Shown: piece by piece, positions 10,089-19,465 of the stretch
How positions within the stretch are numbered: position 1 is the first letter of the stretch
Layout: the number at the start of each line of letters is the position of its first letter
Origin: Candidatus Krumholzibacteriota bacterium
Lineage (GTDB): Bacteria; Krumholzibacteriota; Krumholzibacteriia; JAJRXK01
NCBI GenBank assembly: GCA_963806035.1
Contig: CAWDWO010000023.1
Coordinates: 60,521 to 124,520, forward strand
Direction: 5' to 3'
Length of the DNA: 64,000 nucleotides
Translations under genes and position numbers: made by a program
The notes under the pieces: model-generated
What the model saw: only the letters and a program-made list of their open reading frames with translations
Told to the model about the DNA's origin: nothing
The model's database searches: none

Positions 10089-11515
10089 GAACTCGTCCTC
10101 TCCTTCCGGCATTCCTTGACTTCGCTGCTCACACTTCCCTGCGATAGCTGGGTCGTGATCCTGTCGCCGACTTTCAGTTCGGTTGCACGTCGCACCACGG
10201 CTCCCTTAGGCCCACGACTGATGCTGTAACCGCGGGCCAGGACCCTTCGTGGATCGAGGAGGCGAACGCGGGTTTCCTGAGCACTCAGTTTTTCCGCACG
10301 GCGGTTCAAAAGAGCCTGCATGCGGGAGAGAGTCAGCTTTCCCAGAGCCGCCTGCAAGGTCTGATCCGCGCGGTGTAGGACCAGGCGCCCCGCACCTCGC
10401 AGCTCTCCCGCGATGCGCTCGCGCCTGCTCTCCGCGCGGCTCAAGGCCCGCGGGGTCTCCCGGAGCAGGCTCCGCTCGGCTTCCAGGAGATCGCGCTGCG
10501 CGGAGACGATCCGCGCCTTTGCGCGCGAACTCGCCAGTTGCGCGGCCATGATGAGACGGTGCCGCTCGTTCGCGGTTCTCTTCTCCGCCAAGGAGGCGAT
10601 TTCCTCCGCCCTTTCCTGCAACAGGCTCAAAAAGTTCGCAGCCATCGTCACGAGAGCGGCGGCGCAAGCGGTCGGGGTCTTGTAGGCGGTGTGCGCCACG
10701 TGATCGGCCACGGAGGTGTCGATCTCGTGGCCGATTCCCGTCAGGACCGGGATGGGCATCTTGCAGATGGCCCGCGCCAGGGCCTCGCTGTCGAAAGCCG
10801 CGAGATCGCTCTGGCTGCCTCCTCCCCTCACGATCGCGACGAGGTCGAGCTCGTGCCTCTCGAGGGTACCCAGAGCGGCGAGCAGAGTGCGCTCGGCCTC
10901 CGCACCCTGCACCCGGGCATCCACGACCACGACCCGATGCCCGAAGCCCCCTTGTTCCAACTCGTTGATGAAGTCGTTGTAGGCCGCGCTGCCGACACTG
11001 GTGATCAGGCCAATCCTGGCCGGGACCAACGGCAGGGGACGTTCGGCGTTCGCGCGCAGAAGCCCTTCCGCCTGCAACGCGCGCAGGATGCGCTCGCGCC
11101 TGAGAGCCAGTTGCCCCAGGGTGAAGGCGGGGTCGACGCCGGTCATCACGAACTGAAGCTTGCCGAACGGCGGGTAGAAATCGACGCGGCCCTTGATGCG
11201 CACCTCGATGTCGTCGTCGAGCTTGAATCCCGGCGAACTGGTGATCGTGCGATCCACCGGTCCCCGATTCCAGGAGAGCAGCGCCACCGAGAGCTTTCCT
11301 TTCACTCCGTCGCCGTACTCGTCCTTCTCCACCAGTTCGAAGTACCAGTGTTTGCGCATTCGGGTTCGGGCGAGGCCTTGAATTTCGCCGCGCACCCAGA
11401 TCTCCTGCGGGAAACGTTCGCTGAGAGCGTGGGAGATCGCCTCGTTCAGGCGCGTCACCGACCAGGTGGCGTCCTCTTCCATGGAACTAGCGGCAAAGAG
11501 CGGCAAATCGTTCAT
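10085..11515 (-). CDS. xseA: Exodeoxyribonuclease VII large subunit
   Basis: WVRGEI, HWYF, RGGGS..DL..F, TGIGHEID, TPTA, LARGYS motifs. Confidence 0.95.
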   Translation of the reverse strand: MNDLPLFAASSMEEDATWSVTRLNEAISHALSERFPQEIWVRGEIQGLARTRMRKHWYFELVEKDEYGDGVKGKLSVALLSWNRGPVDRTITSSPGFKLDDDIEVRIKGRVDFYPPFGKLQFVMTGVDPAFTLGQLALRRERILRALQAEGLLRANAERPLPLVPARIGLITSVGSAAYNDFINELEQGGFGHRVVVVDARVQGAEAERTLLAALGTLERHELDLVAIVRGGGSQSDLAAFDSEALARAICKMPIPVLTGIGHEIDTSVADHVAHTAYKTPTACAAALVTMAANFLSLLQERAEEIASLAEKRTANERHRLIMAAQLASSRAKARIVSAQRDLLEAERSLLRETPRALSRAESRRERIAGELRGAGRLVLHRADQTLQAALGKLTLSRMQALLNRRAEKLSAQETRVRLLDPRRVLARGYSISRGPKGAVVRRATELKVGDRITTQLSQGSVSSEVKECRKERTSS

Positions 11516-11719
11516 GATTGCCAGATTCTCCGGGAGGTCGGTCGAATGGATGGGGCGTTCCCTCTCTTATACACGCTCAGGCTGAATGGCGCGAGAACAC
11601 TTCAGGGACCGCTCTTCTCAAGCCTGGACCGTTGAGGGGAAAACGATACAATCAGCCCGCCCCACCCCGGCGAAAGGGCGGAATTCGTGGCCTCTTGGCG
11701 GCGGCAGTTGTACCGGACG

Positions 11720-13291
11720 ATGCAAAGGACGCTGGTCGGATGCGCCCTCGCGCTCTTCGCTTGCGGCCTGGGCGAAAAACCGGCGGATTTCACGATGCTG
11801 GGGCGGGAGCCGGAGAGCCTGGACCCGGGTCTGTGCAGCGCGCAGCCGGGGGGACGCATCCTGAGCAACGCCTTCGAGGGACTGTGCTCGAGAGATCCGG
11901 TCAGCCTGGCTCCGGGCCCCGGGGTCGCTCGCAGCTGGGAAATCGACGCCACCGGCACGCTCTACACCTTCCACCTGCGCGCCAATGCCCGCTGGAGCGA
12001 CGGCAGGCCCGTGACGAGTCACGACTTCCAGTTCGCCTGGACCCGGCTCCTGACGCCCAGCACCGCCGCCCCCTACGCCGATCTGCTGTACCCTTTGGTG
12101 GGAGCTCGCGCTTTCCACTCCGGCCAGAGCGAGGATCCTTCGAGCCTCGGCTTCAGCTGTCCCGACGACACCACCTTCGTGGTGCGGCTCTCCCACCCGG
12201 TCGCCTATTTCCTGGATCTCTGTGCCTACTATCCCCTGTTTCCGGTTCCCGCGTGGACGATCCAGGAGCACGGGGAACGCTGGACGCACCCGCAGTTCAT
12301 CGTGAGCAACGGACCCTATCGAGTACAGAAGTGGCAGATCAACCGCCGAGTGCGACTGCTGCGCAATTCCCGCTATTGGGACGCTTCACAAGTGGCTTTG
12401 CGGATCGTCGACATCATGCACGGTGACGACGCGAACAGCAGCTTCAACCGCTACGAGAGCGGAGAACTCGACTGGGTCGATTCGGAGGGGATTCCCCCCA
12501 CCGTGATTCAGCAAATCTCGTCCCGCCCCGACTTCCACCGGGGGCCGTACCTCAACACCTACTTTCTGCGCTTCTGCGTGAAGTCGCCGCCGATGGACGA
12601 TCCTCGCGTACGCAAAGCCTTCGCTCTGGCCGTGAACGCGGAAGCGATCACCGAGCACGTGACGCGAGGGGGGCAGATTCCCGCGCACAGTCTGGTTCCT
12701 CCGGGACTTCCCGGTTACGACGAGGTTCATCTGGAAGGTTATCAGCCCGAGCGCGCGCGTGAACTCCTGGCCCAAGCGGGCTATCCCGGCGGCAAGGGTT
12801 TCCCCAAGGTCACCTACCTCTACAACACGAGCGAGGCGCACCGTCAGGTCGCGGTGGTGCTTCAACAGCAGTGGAAACGCGTGCTCGGGGTTCAGGTGGA
12901 GTTGCGCAACATGGAGTGGAAGGTGTTCATGGCGAAGACACGCGCCGAGGAGTACCAGATCGCGCGCGGCGGCTGGATCGGCGACTATCTCGATCCCAAT
13001 ACTTTCCTCTCGATCTGGAGTTCGGGGAACGGCAACAATCGCACTGGATTTTCTTCCACCCGTTACGACAGCCTGCTGACACTTGCCGCCGACGAACTCG
13101 ATTCCGCACGTCGCATGAAGATCCTGCACGAGTGTGAGCGCATCGTCACCTCGCAGGAGTGCATCATCGTGCCCATCTATTACTACGTCGTCACCAACCT
13201 GTACGACGCCGACAAGTGGAGTGGCCTCGAACCCAATTTGCTCAACGCAGTGCAGTTGAAGTACGTCTCGCGCGCGGGGGGTGCGCCGTGA
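11720..13291 (+). CDS. oppA: Peptide ABC transporter substrate-binding lipoprotein (OppA family)
   Basis: Lipobox LFAC, EPESLDP, YTFHLR..ARWSDG.PVT..DF, VSNGPY, D.RVRKA; start codon choice uncertain. Confidence 0.9.
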   Translation: MQRTLVGCALALFACGLGEKPADFTMLGREPESLDPGLCSAQPGGRILSNAFEGLCSRDPVSLAPGPGVARSWEIDATGTLYTFHLRANARWSDGRPVTSHDFQFAWTRLLTPSTAAPYADLLYPLVGARAFHSGQSEDPSSLGFSCPDDTTFVVRLSHPVAYFLDLCAYYPLFPVPAWTIQEHGERWTHPQFIVSNGPYRVQKWQINRRVRLLRNSRYWDASQVALRIVDIMHGDDANSSFNRYESGELDWVDSEGIPPTVIQQISSRPDFHRGPYLNTYFLRFCVKSPPMDDPRVRKAFALAVNAEAITEHVTRGGQIPAHSLVPPGLPGYDEVHLEGYQPERARELLAQAGYPGGKGFPKVTYLYNTSEAHRQVAVVLQQQWKRVLGVQVELRNMEWKVFMAKTRAEEYQIARGGWIGDYLDPNTFLSIWSSGNGNNRTGFSSTRYDSLLTLAADELDSARRMKILHECERIVTSQECIIVPIYYYVVTNLYDADKWSGLEPNLLNAVQLKYVSRAGGAP

Positions 13292-14206
13292 TGCGCTTTC
13301 TTTTGCGGCGCCTGCTCTCGCTCATCCCCCTGCTCGCCGCCATCATCGTGGTCAGTTTTTTCTTCATGCGCCTGGCTCCCGGGGGGCCCTTCGACCTCGA
13401 GCGCGAACTCGACCCCACGGTGAAAGCTCGAATGCAGGCCCGCTATGGATTGGACCGGCCCCTCAGTGAACAGCTTTGGGTCTACGGAAAGGGCCTTCTG
13501 CAGGGCGATCTGGGCCCCTCGTTTCGTTATCCGGGCTGGTCGGTGCGAGAGATCATCGCACAGGCGCTGCCCGTCTCCCTCACTCTCGGGATTCTTCGCG
13601 CTTTTGGTCGCATTGTTCACCGGGATTCCCTTGGGGGTCATTGCCGCGATTCATCGCAACGGATGGCCGGATCATTTCGCCACCGGCTTCGCGTTGCTCG
13701 GCATTTGCATTCCGAATTTCGTGTTGGGCCCGCTCCTCATCCTACTCTTCGTGTTCCAGCTCGGTTGGTTCCCGGTGGGAGGGTTCGGAACGCTTCAACA
13801 ACTCGTGCTTCCCGCGATCACCCTGGGAGCGATCCGCGCAGCCTACGTCGCGCGCTTGACCCGCGTGGGAATGATCGAGGTGCTCTCGCGTGACTTCATC
13901 CGCACCGCCAGAGCCAAGGGACTGGGCGAACCGGTCGTCGTCACCAAGCACGCACTGCGGGTGGCCATCCTGCCGGTCCTCAGTTACTTGGGCCCCGCCG
14001 CTGCGTCCATTCTGGTGGGCAGCGTGGTGGTGGAGAAGATCTTCAGCATTCCCGGACTCGGTACTTTCTTCGTCAACAGCGCGCTGAACCGCGACTACAC
14101 CCTGGCCATGGGCACGGTCCTCCTCTACAGCACTCTGCTCATCGGGCTCAACCTCCTCGTCGACCTGCTCTACTCGGCCCTCGATCCCCGCATGGAGTTG
14201 CGATGA
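13291..14206 (+). CDS. oppB: Peptide ABC transporter permease (OppB), split by a frameshift near 13590
   Basis: N-half (MRFLLRRLL...APGGPF...YGLDRP...GDLGPS) is in the frame of ORF 13159; C-half (IPNFV...TARAKGL...KHALR...LDPR) is in the frame of ORF 13445. One extra G in 'ctcgggattcttc' explains the shift. Confidence 0.85.
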
Positions 14207-15068
14207 GCCAGCGCAGTGACTCTCCCTTCCGGGATGCCTGGCGCCGACTGCGCCGTCATCGCGTGGCGGTGGTCAGCATTTGGGTTCTCTTGGCCATCGT
14301 GGTCATTGCGGTGGCCGGGCCGTTTCTGAGCCCGTACCCCTTCGACCGGCAGGACCTCCCCCACCAATTGCAAGCCCCCAGCCTCGGGCATCCCTTCGGA
14401 ACCGACGCGGTGGGTCGTGACCTGATGACGCGGGTGATGCGGGGGGACGGATTAGCCTCGCGGTGGGCATCGTCGCCACTCTTGTGAGTCTGCTCATCGG
14501 GGTGAGTTGGGGGATGACCGCGGGCTGGCAGGGCGGAAAGACCGACGAGGCCATGATGCGATTCGTCGACTTGCTTTACTCCCTGCCGTTCATGTTCTTC
14601 GTGATTTTGCTGGTGGCTTTTTTTGGTCAGAGTCTCTTGCTACTCTTCTTGGCCCTGGGCGCCGTGCAATGGCTCACCATGAGTCGCATCGTGCGCGGAG
14701 AGATGAAGCGCCTGCGCTCGAGTGAATTCGTGGAGGCTTGCATTGCCTTGGGATTGCCGCGGCACCGCATCTTCCTCAGGCATCTGCTTCCCAACATGTT
14801 GGGCCCCATTTTGGTCTATGCGACATTGACCGTGCCCTCCGTCATGCTCGAGGAGGCCTTCCTCTCCTTCTTGGGACTGGGAGTGCAGCCGCCCGACGCC
14901 TCCTGGGGTAGCCTGGCCAACGAGGGGGCCTCGGCAATCAACGCCCTGAACACGAACTGGTGGTTGATTCTCTTTCCCGGACTCTTCCTGGGTCTGACCC
15001 TGCTGGCGCTCAATTTCCTGGGAGACGGGCTCCGCGATGCCTTCGATCCGGATTCTCGCAGCGCCTGA
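14203..15068 (+). CDS. oppC: Peptide ABC transporter permease (OppC), split by a frameshift near 14445
   Basis: HPFGTDAVGRDL in ORF 14203; RHLLPN, EAFLSFLGLGVQPP..SWG, GDGLRDAFDP in ORF 14463. Adding one G to the G6 run at 14441-14446 restores the conserved RGGRISLAVG. Confidence 0.85.
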
Positions 15069-15146
15069 GTGAAGCCCTTTCTGGAGTCGGCGATCCTGGC
15101 TTCAAAGGGCCTGAGTGCAGCCACTTCCAGTAACAGCGACCCCCGA

Positions 15147-15284
15147 TTTGCGGTGCGCGGTTTGTGGTGCGCGGTTTGTGGTGCGCGGTTTGTGGCGCGC
15201 GGTTTGTGGCGCGCGGGTTGCGGTGCGCGGGCTGCGGTGCGCGGGCTGCGGTTTGCGGTTTGCGGTTTGCGGCGCGGTTTGCCG
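15147..15284. repeat. Intergenic heptamer tandem array (18 x NNNGYGG plus two degenerate units)
   Basis: tttgcgg tgcgcgg tttgtgg tgcgcgg tttgtgg tgcgcgg tttgtgg cgcgcgg tttgtgg cgcgcgg gttgcgg tgcgcgg gctgcgg tgcgcgg gctgcgg tttgcgg tttgcgg tttgcgg, lying between the convergent oppC and lipoprotein genes. Confidence 0.95.
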
Positions 15285-15289
15285 TGCTC

Positions 15290-16204
15290 TCACTTCTCTT
15301 CGTCTTGGAAGAACAGACCTTGGAAGGTGAGTTGGAAATTCCTCGGGGCGTCCAGTGCGATGACCTTGGAGGGCAAGAGCACTCCCTCCACATTCTTCCA
15401 CATCTGGAAGATGATGGTCACTGAGGTATCGGTTTGGACTGGGTTGTCCATCCTGAATCCCAGCGGCAATCCGGACTTGTCGTCGAAATAGAGGTAGATC
15501 TTCGTGCCGTCTTCCGTATAGCCCAAGAGCTCCTGACTCTTGAGCGTGTGGAAGTCCGTCTCTTTGACCCAGCCAATGTTCTGCGCGAAGCTCTCAGGGT
15601 CGATCGCGATGCGCTGGAAGTCGTGGCTTCTCACCATCAGGGCCGTGCGGCGGCTGAGGGGCGTCCTGGTGCCGTCCTCGTGAACCGACCATGCACCCTC
15701 GGATGTGATGAGTGCCTCGAAAGGCTTCCTCCCTTCCAGCACGCGTCGATACCAAAATCTCCCGTCCGGAGGTGAACTGATGTCGGTCTTGAAGCTCCCG
15801 TCGGGGCCGCTACCTGAGGCACGTCCTACGATGATCTTGTCCAGAGCCTCTTTGGTCACATGCGTTGCCGTACGCGCCCGCTCGAGCACCTTCTGCGCCT
15901 TCTGCTGTGCTTCCTTCGTTCGCGCCGCAGCCGCCTCTTCCTGGGCCTCCTTCGAAGGCCCCTGAGACCTCGCCACCGCCTGCGCGAAGTCGGGCAAATT
16001 TGCCGCGGACTGGCCCTTGGGAGCGGGTGTCTGCTCTGCAGACTGGCTCGTCGGAGCCGGTGGCTGCTGTGCAGATTGGGTGTCCCGCGCGGAGGACTCT
16101 TCCTTGGTGGACCTGGAGCAGCCGTAAAGCGGCGCGGCCAGAAGAAGGAGCAACAGGATCAGCGGAAGGCCCATCGACCCTCGTCTTGGCTCGCTGGCAA
16201 ACAT
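15290..16204 (-). CDS. Hypothetical lipoprotein with Q/A/P-rich linker and a beta-rich C-terminal domain (possibly LolA-like fold)
   Basis: Hydrophobic signal ending LYGC, low-complexity linker, C-terminal ...IYLYFDDKSGLP...WKNVEGVLLPSK; AAGGA Shine-Dalgarno before ATG 16204. Confidence 0.6.
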   Translation of the reverse strand: MFASEPRRGSMGLPLILLLLLLAAPLYGCSRSTKEESSARDTQSAQQPPAPTSQSAEQTPAPKGQSAANLPDFAQAVARSQGPSKEAQEEAAAARTKEAQQKAQKVLERARTATHVTKEALDKIIVGRASGSGPDGSFKTDISSPPDGRFWYRRVLEGRKPFEALITSEGAWSVHEDGTRTPLSRRTALMVRSHDFQRIAIDPESFAQNIGWVKETDFHTLKSQELLGYTEDGTKIYLYFDDKSGLPLGFRMDNPVQTDTSVTIIFQMWKNVEGVLLPSKVIALDAPRNFQLTFQGLFFQDEEK

Positions 16205-16230
16205 GGGTCGTTCCTTCGGTGAGTGAACCA

Positions 16231-17739
16231 CTAGGCCTTCTTTGCCGCTGCTTCGGCGATGGAGTAAAAGAGACAGGCGCCGAATCCGGTCGCGCCCTTG
16301 GGCTCAGTCGGACGATTTTCCTCGGCCCAGACCATGCCCGCGATGTCCAGATGAGCCCAGCGCGCTCCCTTGGCGAAGCAGCTCAAGAAGCCGGCCGCGG
16401 TCGACGCGCCGCCGTCCCTGGGACCGGTGTTCTTCAAATCCGCGACATGACCCTTCATCTTCTGACGATGCAGATCGCTCAGGGGTAAACGCCACACCGC
16501 ATCGCCGCTGAGTTTGGATGCCTCTTCGATGAGGTGAACCAGTTCATCGTCTTCGCTCATGAGACCGCAGGCGTATTCGCCCAGAGCCACCATGCAGGCG
16601 CCAGTCAGGGTTGCCGCGTCCACGATGAAATCGGGCTTCTGCTGTTTCGCATAGTGCAGCGCGTCCGCCAGCACGAGACGGCCCTCGGCATCGGTATTGT
16701 TCACCTCCACCGTCAGCCCGCTCATCATGCGCAGCAGATCTCCCGGTTTGATGGCCTTGCCACCGGGCATGTTCTCGGCCGCCGCGACATATCCCAGCAC
16801 GTGCACCTTGGGCTTCAAGAGCGAGAGGATTTTGAACGCGCCCAACACCGCCCCGGCGCCCCCCATGTCGAACTTCATCTGGTCCATGTTCGCGGAGGGC
16901 TTGAGGCTGATTCCTCCGGAATCAAAAGTGATTCCCTTGCCAACGAACGCGATTTTGGGTGCGTTCTTGGGCAAACGCGTCGGCCTGTATTCCAGGGCGA
17001 TGAACTGCACTGGCTCGGCGCTACCTTGCCCCACTCCGAGAAGTCCTCCCATGCCCTTGCGTTCACATTCTGCGGGTCCGAAGACCTTGCAACGCACGAG
17101 GGGAGAGCGAGCCAAGGTTCGCGCTTCTTTGGCCATGATGCGCGGCGTAAGTTCGTTGGAGGGGCGATTCACCAGTTCGCGCGTGAACAGCACGCCCTCG
17201 GCCATAGCATTGCCGCGGGCCGCTCCCTCGCTCAATGCAGCTTGAGAGTTCTTCGCCTCACAGAACAATCCAACCCGGCTCAAGGGAGCTTTCTTCCGCT
17301 CCTTCTCGTCGGTTTTGTAGAGCCCAGGATCGTAGCTGGCCAACACCAACGCACGGCAGCTCGCTTCCGCTGCTTCGAGGGCGTGCAACGAGCGCGAGGT
17401 GGGAATGAGGACCGCGGCCGATTTGATTCCCTGCGCCTGACAAGCGGACGCTGCGCTGCCCATTGCGTCCTTCAGGCCGGCCACGTCCAGCTTGGCCATG
17501 TCACCCAAACCGAGGAGCAGGATCTTCTTGGCGCCAGTGCGGGGTGCGGGCGCGAATGCGACTTCTTTGAGCTCTCCGCTGAATCCGCTCAGCTCCATCG
17601 TCTTGCTCAACGCGCCGCTGGTCCGCCGATCGAGCTCGGCCGCCGCTCCACGCAAACGCTTTCCGCCTGAATTCACGCCGACGATCAAGACCTCGGCCTG
17701 GACCTCCTCCAGACCACCCTTTTTCACCGTGAAACGCAT
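16231..17739 (-). CDS. pepA: Leucyl aminopeptidase (M17)
   Basis: VGKGITFDSGG, MKFDMGG, ENM, NTDAEGRLVLAD, ATLTGA, HLDIAG. Confidence 0.96.
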   Translation of the reverse strand: MRFTVKKGGLEEVQAEVLIVGVNSGGKRLRGAAAELDRRTSGALSKTMELSGFSGELKEVAFAPAPRTGAKKILLLGLGDMAKLDVAGLKDAMGSAASACQAQGIKSAAVLIPTSRSLHALEAAEASCRALVLASYDPGLYKTDEKERKKAPLSRVGLFCEAKNSQAALSEGAARGNAMAEGVLFTRELVNRPSNELTPRIMAKEARTLARSPLVRCKVFGPAECERKGMGGLLGVGQGSAEPVQFIALEYRPTRLPKNAPKIAFVGKGITFDSGGISLKPSANMDQMKFDMGGAGAVLGAFKILSLLKPKVHVLGYVAAAENMPGGKAIKPGDLLRMMSGLTVEVNNTDAEGRLVLADALHYAKQQKPDFIVDAATLTGACMVALGEYACGLMSEDDELVHLIEEASKLSGDAVWRLPLSDLHRQKMKGHVADLKNTGPRDGGASTAAGFLSCFAKGARWAHLDIAGMVWAEENRPTEPKGATGFGACLFYSIAEAAAKKA

Positions 17740-17847
17740 TGAATCCCTCTCCGAGCCGGTCCCCGGCTTCCGCTAGAACCTAGAGTTTTCGTCGCCTGAA
17801 AATGGATGGGGTATTGTTTCACCTCCATGATGCGCTGGCAAGCTTTT

Positions 17848-19105
17848 GGTTCTGTCTCCGAAATTGTTCTTGGCTGTGGTGTAGCTCCTGCTGGGATTGC
17901 AGATGCAGAAGACGACGCGGCCTGCGGCCCCTCTCCCCTCAAAATGCGTACTTCAGCCGATGCGCCTGGTTGCGCGGGTACTCGCGCGTGCGCACCTCCC
18001 GCCGATAGTAGAGCTGCCAGCGCGCAGGGAGTTTGATCCGCCCCGGAAACAGCCGTCTGCGAAAGATCTCCCCAAACGAGAGAGGGCGATCGATTAGCCC
18101 CTTCAGCATCGCCGGAGTCTCCGGCGGTCCGTTCACCCGTCGACGGTGCATGAAGTTTCTCCATACTTGCAAGAGCGTGAGTTTCTCCGCACTCGCCTGG
18201 CGGCGCTTGGAGGCCGCGATCGTCTCGCGTTTGTGGTTGCTCTGTGCATGGCGAATCCACAGATCCAGCAAATTGATTTCGTAAAGTGGATTGTGTTGGG
18301 TGCGCCGCTTCTTCGAGTTCGTCACGCGGTGAGCGACGCTCGGCGCTAGCTTGCGGATTGCCTGCACGTAAGCACGATGCTCGTCGCTGTGGACGATGGC
18401 TCGCTCCAGTCCCTCGAGGGATACCGCCAGCAGCTCCTGGACGTCCTTGCGGGTGGCCTGGGGATCCGGCCGGCCGATGCGTTCCTCGATCCTCTGCCGC
18501 TTCTTCCGCTGATAAGCGGTCATTCTCCCACTGCGGCGCAGCTCGCTCTCGGTGTGATAGAGCACGAAACTCGTGTCCTTCTCCACCGCCACGTGGTGCT
18601 CGATGGGATGGTACTGGCTGTACTCGAAGCTGCGCAGTCCATCGATCACCACCGGACCGCGTGCCTTCACTCCCCGCAGTTTGGCCGTTTGCCACAACAT
18701 GGCATGACGGGCGAGGCGAGCGATGTGTTCGGAGATGGTCTGCGGGCTCGCTTTCAGGGTGCGAGCGATTTGGCGAGTGGCCATGCAGCCCAGGCTGAGC
18801 AGAAAGACTTGCTTGGTGAGCTCGGGGCGCTTTTGCCAGTAACTCAGAGAAAACGTCTGGCTGGAAAAGTTGACACCACATGTCCGGCACTGGAAACGTT
18901 GGACACGTCTTTGGTCCGAGGGGCGCGTATAGAAACCCTTACGGACATAGCGCCAGTGGGGCGCGGTGTCGGGCAAGTCCTTGTGGTACTTGCAGCTGGA
19001 ATTGGGACAGTGGGGAGGCCCCCAACCCAGCCTGCGTGTCGGGTCCGTGGCCATGCCACCCCGTCACGCAGGCTTCGGGCCAGGAACAATTTCGGAGACA
19101 GAACC
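17848..19105 (-). mobile_element. Insertion sequence (~1258 bp) with 27-bp terminal inverted repeats, IS1/IS6/IS1595-related
   Basis: 17848-17874 GGTTCTGTCTCCGAAATTGTTCTTGGC matches the reverse complement of 19079-19105 (GGTTCTGTCTCCGAAATTGTTCCTGGC) at 26/27 positions and brackets a single transposase-like ORF. Confidence 0.85.
17939..19054 (-). CDS. Transposase (Zn-ribbon + HTH + DDE-like domain)
   Basis: CPNSSC...QRFQCRTC zinc ribbon, RQIARTL..S..TI HTH, VVIDG and VHSDEHRAY acidic motifs, late TPAM..GL..RP motif seen in IS1/IS6-like transposases. Confidence 0.8.
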   Translation of the reverse strand: MATDPTRRLGWGPPHCPNSSCKYHKDLPDTAPHWRYVRKGFYTRPSDQRRVQRFQCRTCGVNFSSQTFSLSYWQKRPELTKQVFLLSLGCMATRQIARTLKASPQTISEHIARLARHAMLWQTAKLRGVKARGPVVIDGLRSFEYSQYHPIEHHVAVEKDTSFVLYHTESELRRSGRMTAYQRKKRQRIEERIGRPDPQATRKDVQELLAVSLEGLERAIVHSDEHRAYVQAIRKLAPSVAHRVTNSKKRRTQHNPLYEINLLDLWIRHAQSNHKRETIAASKRRQASAEKLTLLQVWRNFMHRRRVNGPPETPAMLKGLIDRPLSFGEIFRRRLFPGRIKLPARWQLYYRREVRTREYPRNQAHRLKYAF

Positions 19106-19440
19106 TAAACTTTGAATGATGAGCCGCAGCCACACGTCCCCGTCGCATTGGGATTCTCGAAGACGAAACCCTTGCCATTGAGGCCACTGGAGAAATCGAG
19201 CGTGAGACCGTGAAGGAAGAGCAAGCTCTTGTTGTCCACGACGATCTTGACGCCCTCCCCCTCGTGCATGAACACCTCGTCACCCTCACGCAGAGCGTCC
19301 TCCCAGGCAAGCTTGTAGCTCAGACCCGAACAACCACCACCCTGCACCGCAACGCGCAGATAGTTGGTGGCGGGATCGCGCTTTTCCTCGGTCAAATTGG
19401 TGAGGATGGCCTTGGCGGCATTGTCTGTGATGTGAACCAT
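19105..19440 (-). CDS. iscA: Fe-S cluster assembly A-type carrier (IscA/HesB family)
   Basis: LRVAVQGGGCSGLSY and NPNATGTCGCGSSF. Confidence 0.93.
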   Translation of the reverse strand: MVHITDNAAKAILTNLTEEKRDPATNYLRVAVQGGGCSGLSYKLAWEDALREGDEVFMHEGEGVKIVVDNKSLLFLHGLTLDFSSGLNGKGFVFENPNATGTCGCGSSFKV

Positions 19441-19465
19441 GAATTCTCCTCTACCGGATGCCCTC

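Noticed and set aside
11563..11574. TCTCTTATACAC, 12-nt match to the Tn5 mosaic end/Nextera adapter
   Set aside because: Flanking bases do not match the 19-bp end; more simply the -10 region (TATAAG) of the xseA promoter, or chance.
15147..15284. Possible CRISPR array
   Set aside because: Contiguous 7-bp units with no unique spacers, and no cas genes nearby.
15010..15491. Small ORFs translating the heptamer array (AVCGARFV repeats)
   Set aside because: Open in several frames only because the repeat lacks stop codons; no start signals or protein features.
11545..17811. AATGGATGGGG present upstream of both xseA (~11545) and pepA (~17801)
   Set aside because: Only 11 nt, two copies, no palindromic structure; compatible with chance.
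17724..18890. 388-aa alternative-frame ORF overlapping the transposase
   Set aside because: Low-complexity R/P/A/G composition typical of off-frame translation; no frameshift signal needed because the transposase ORF is complete.
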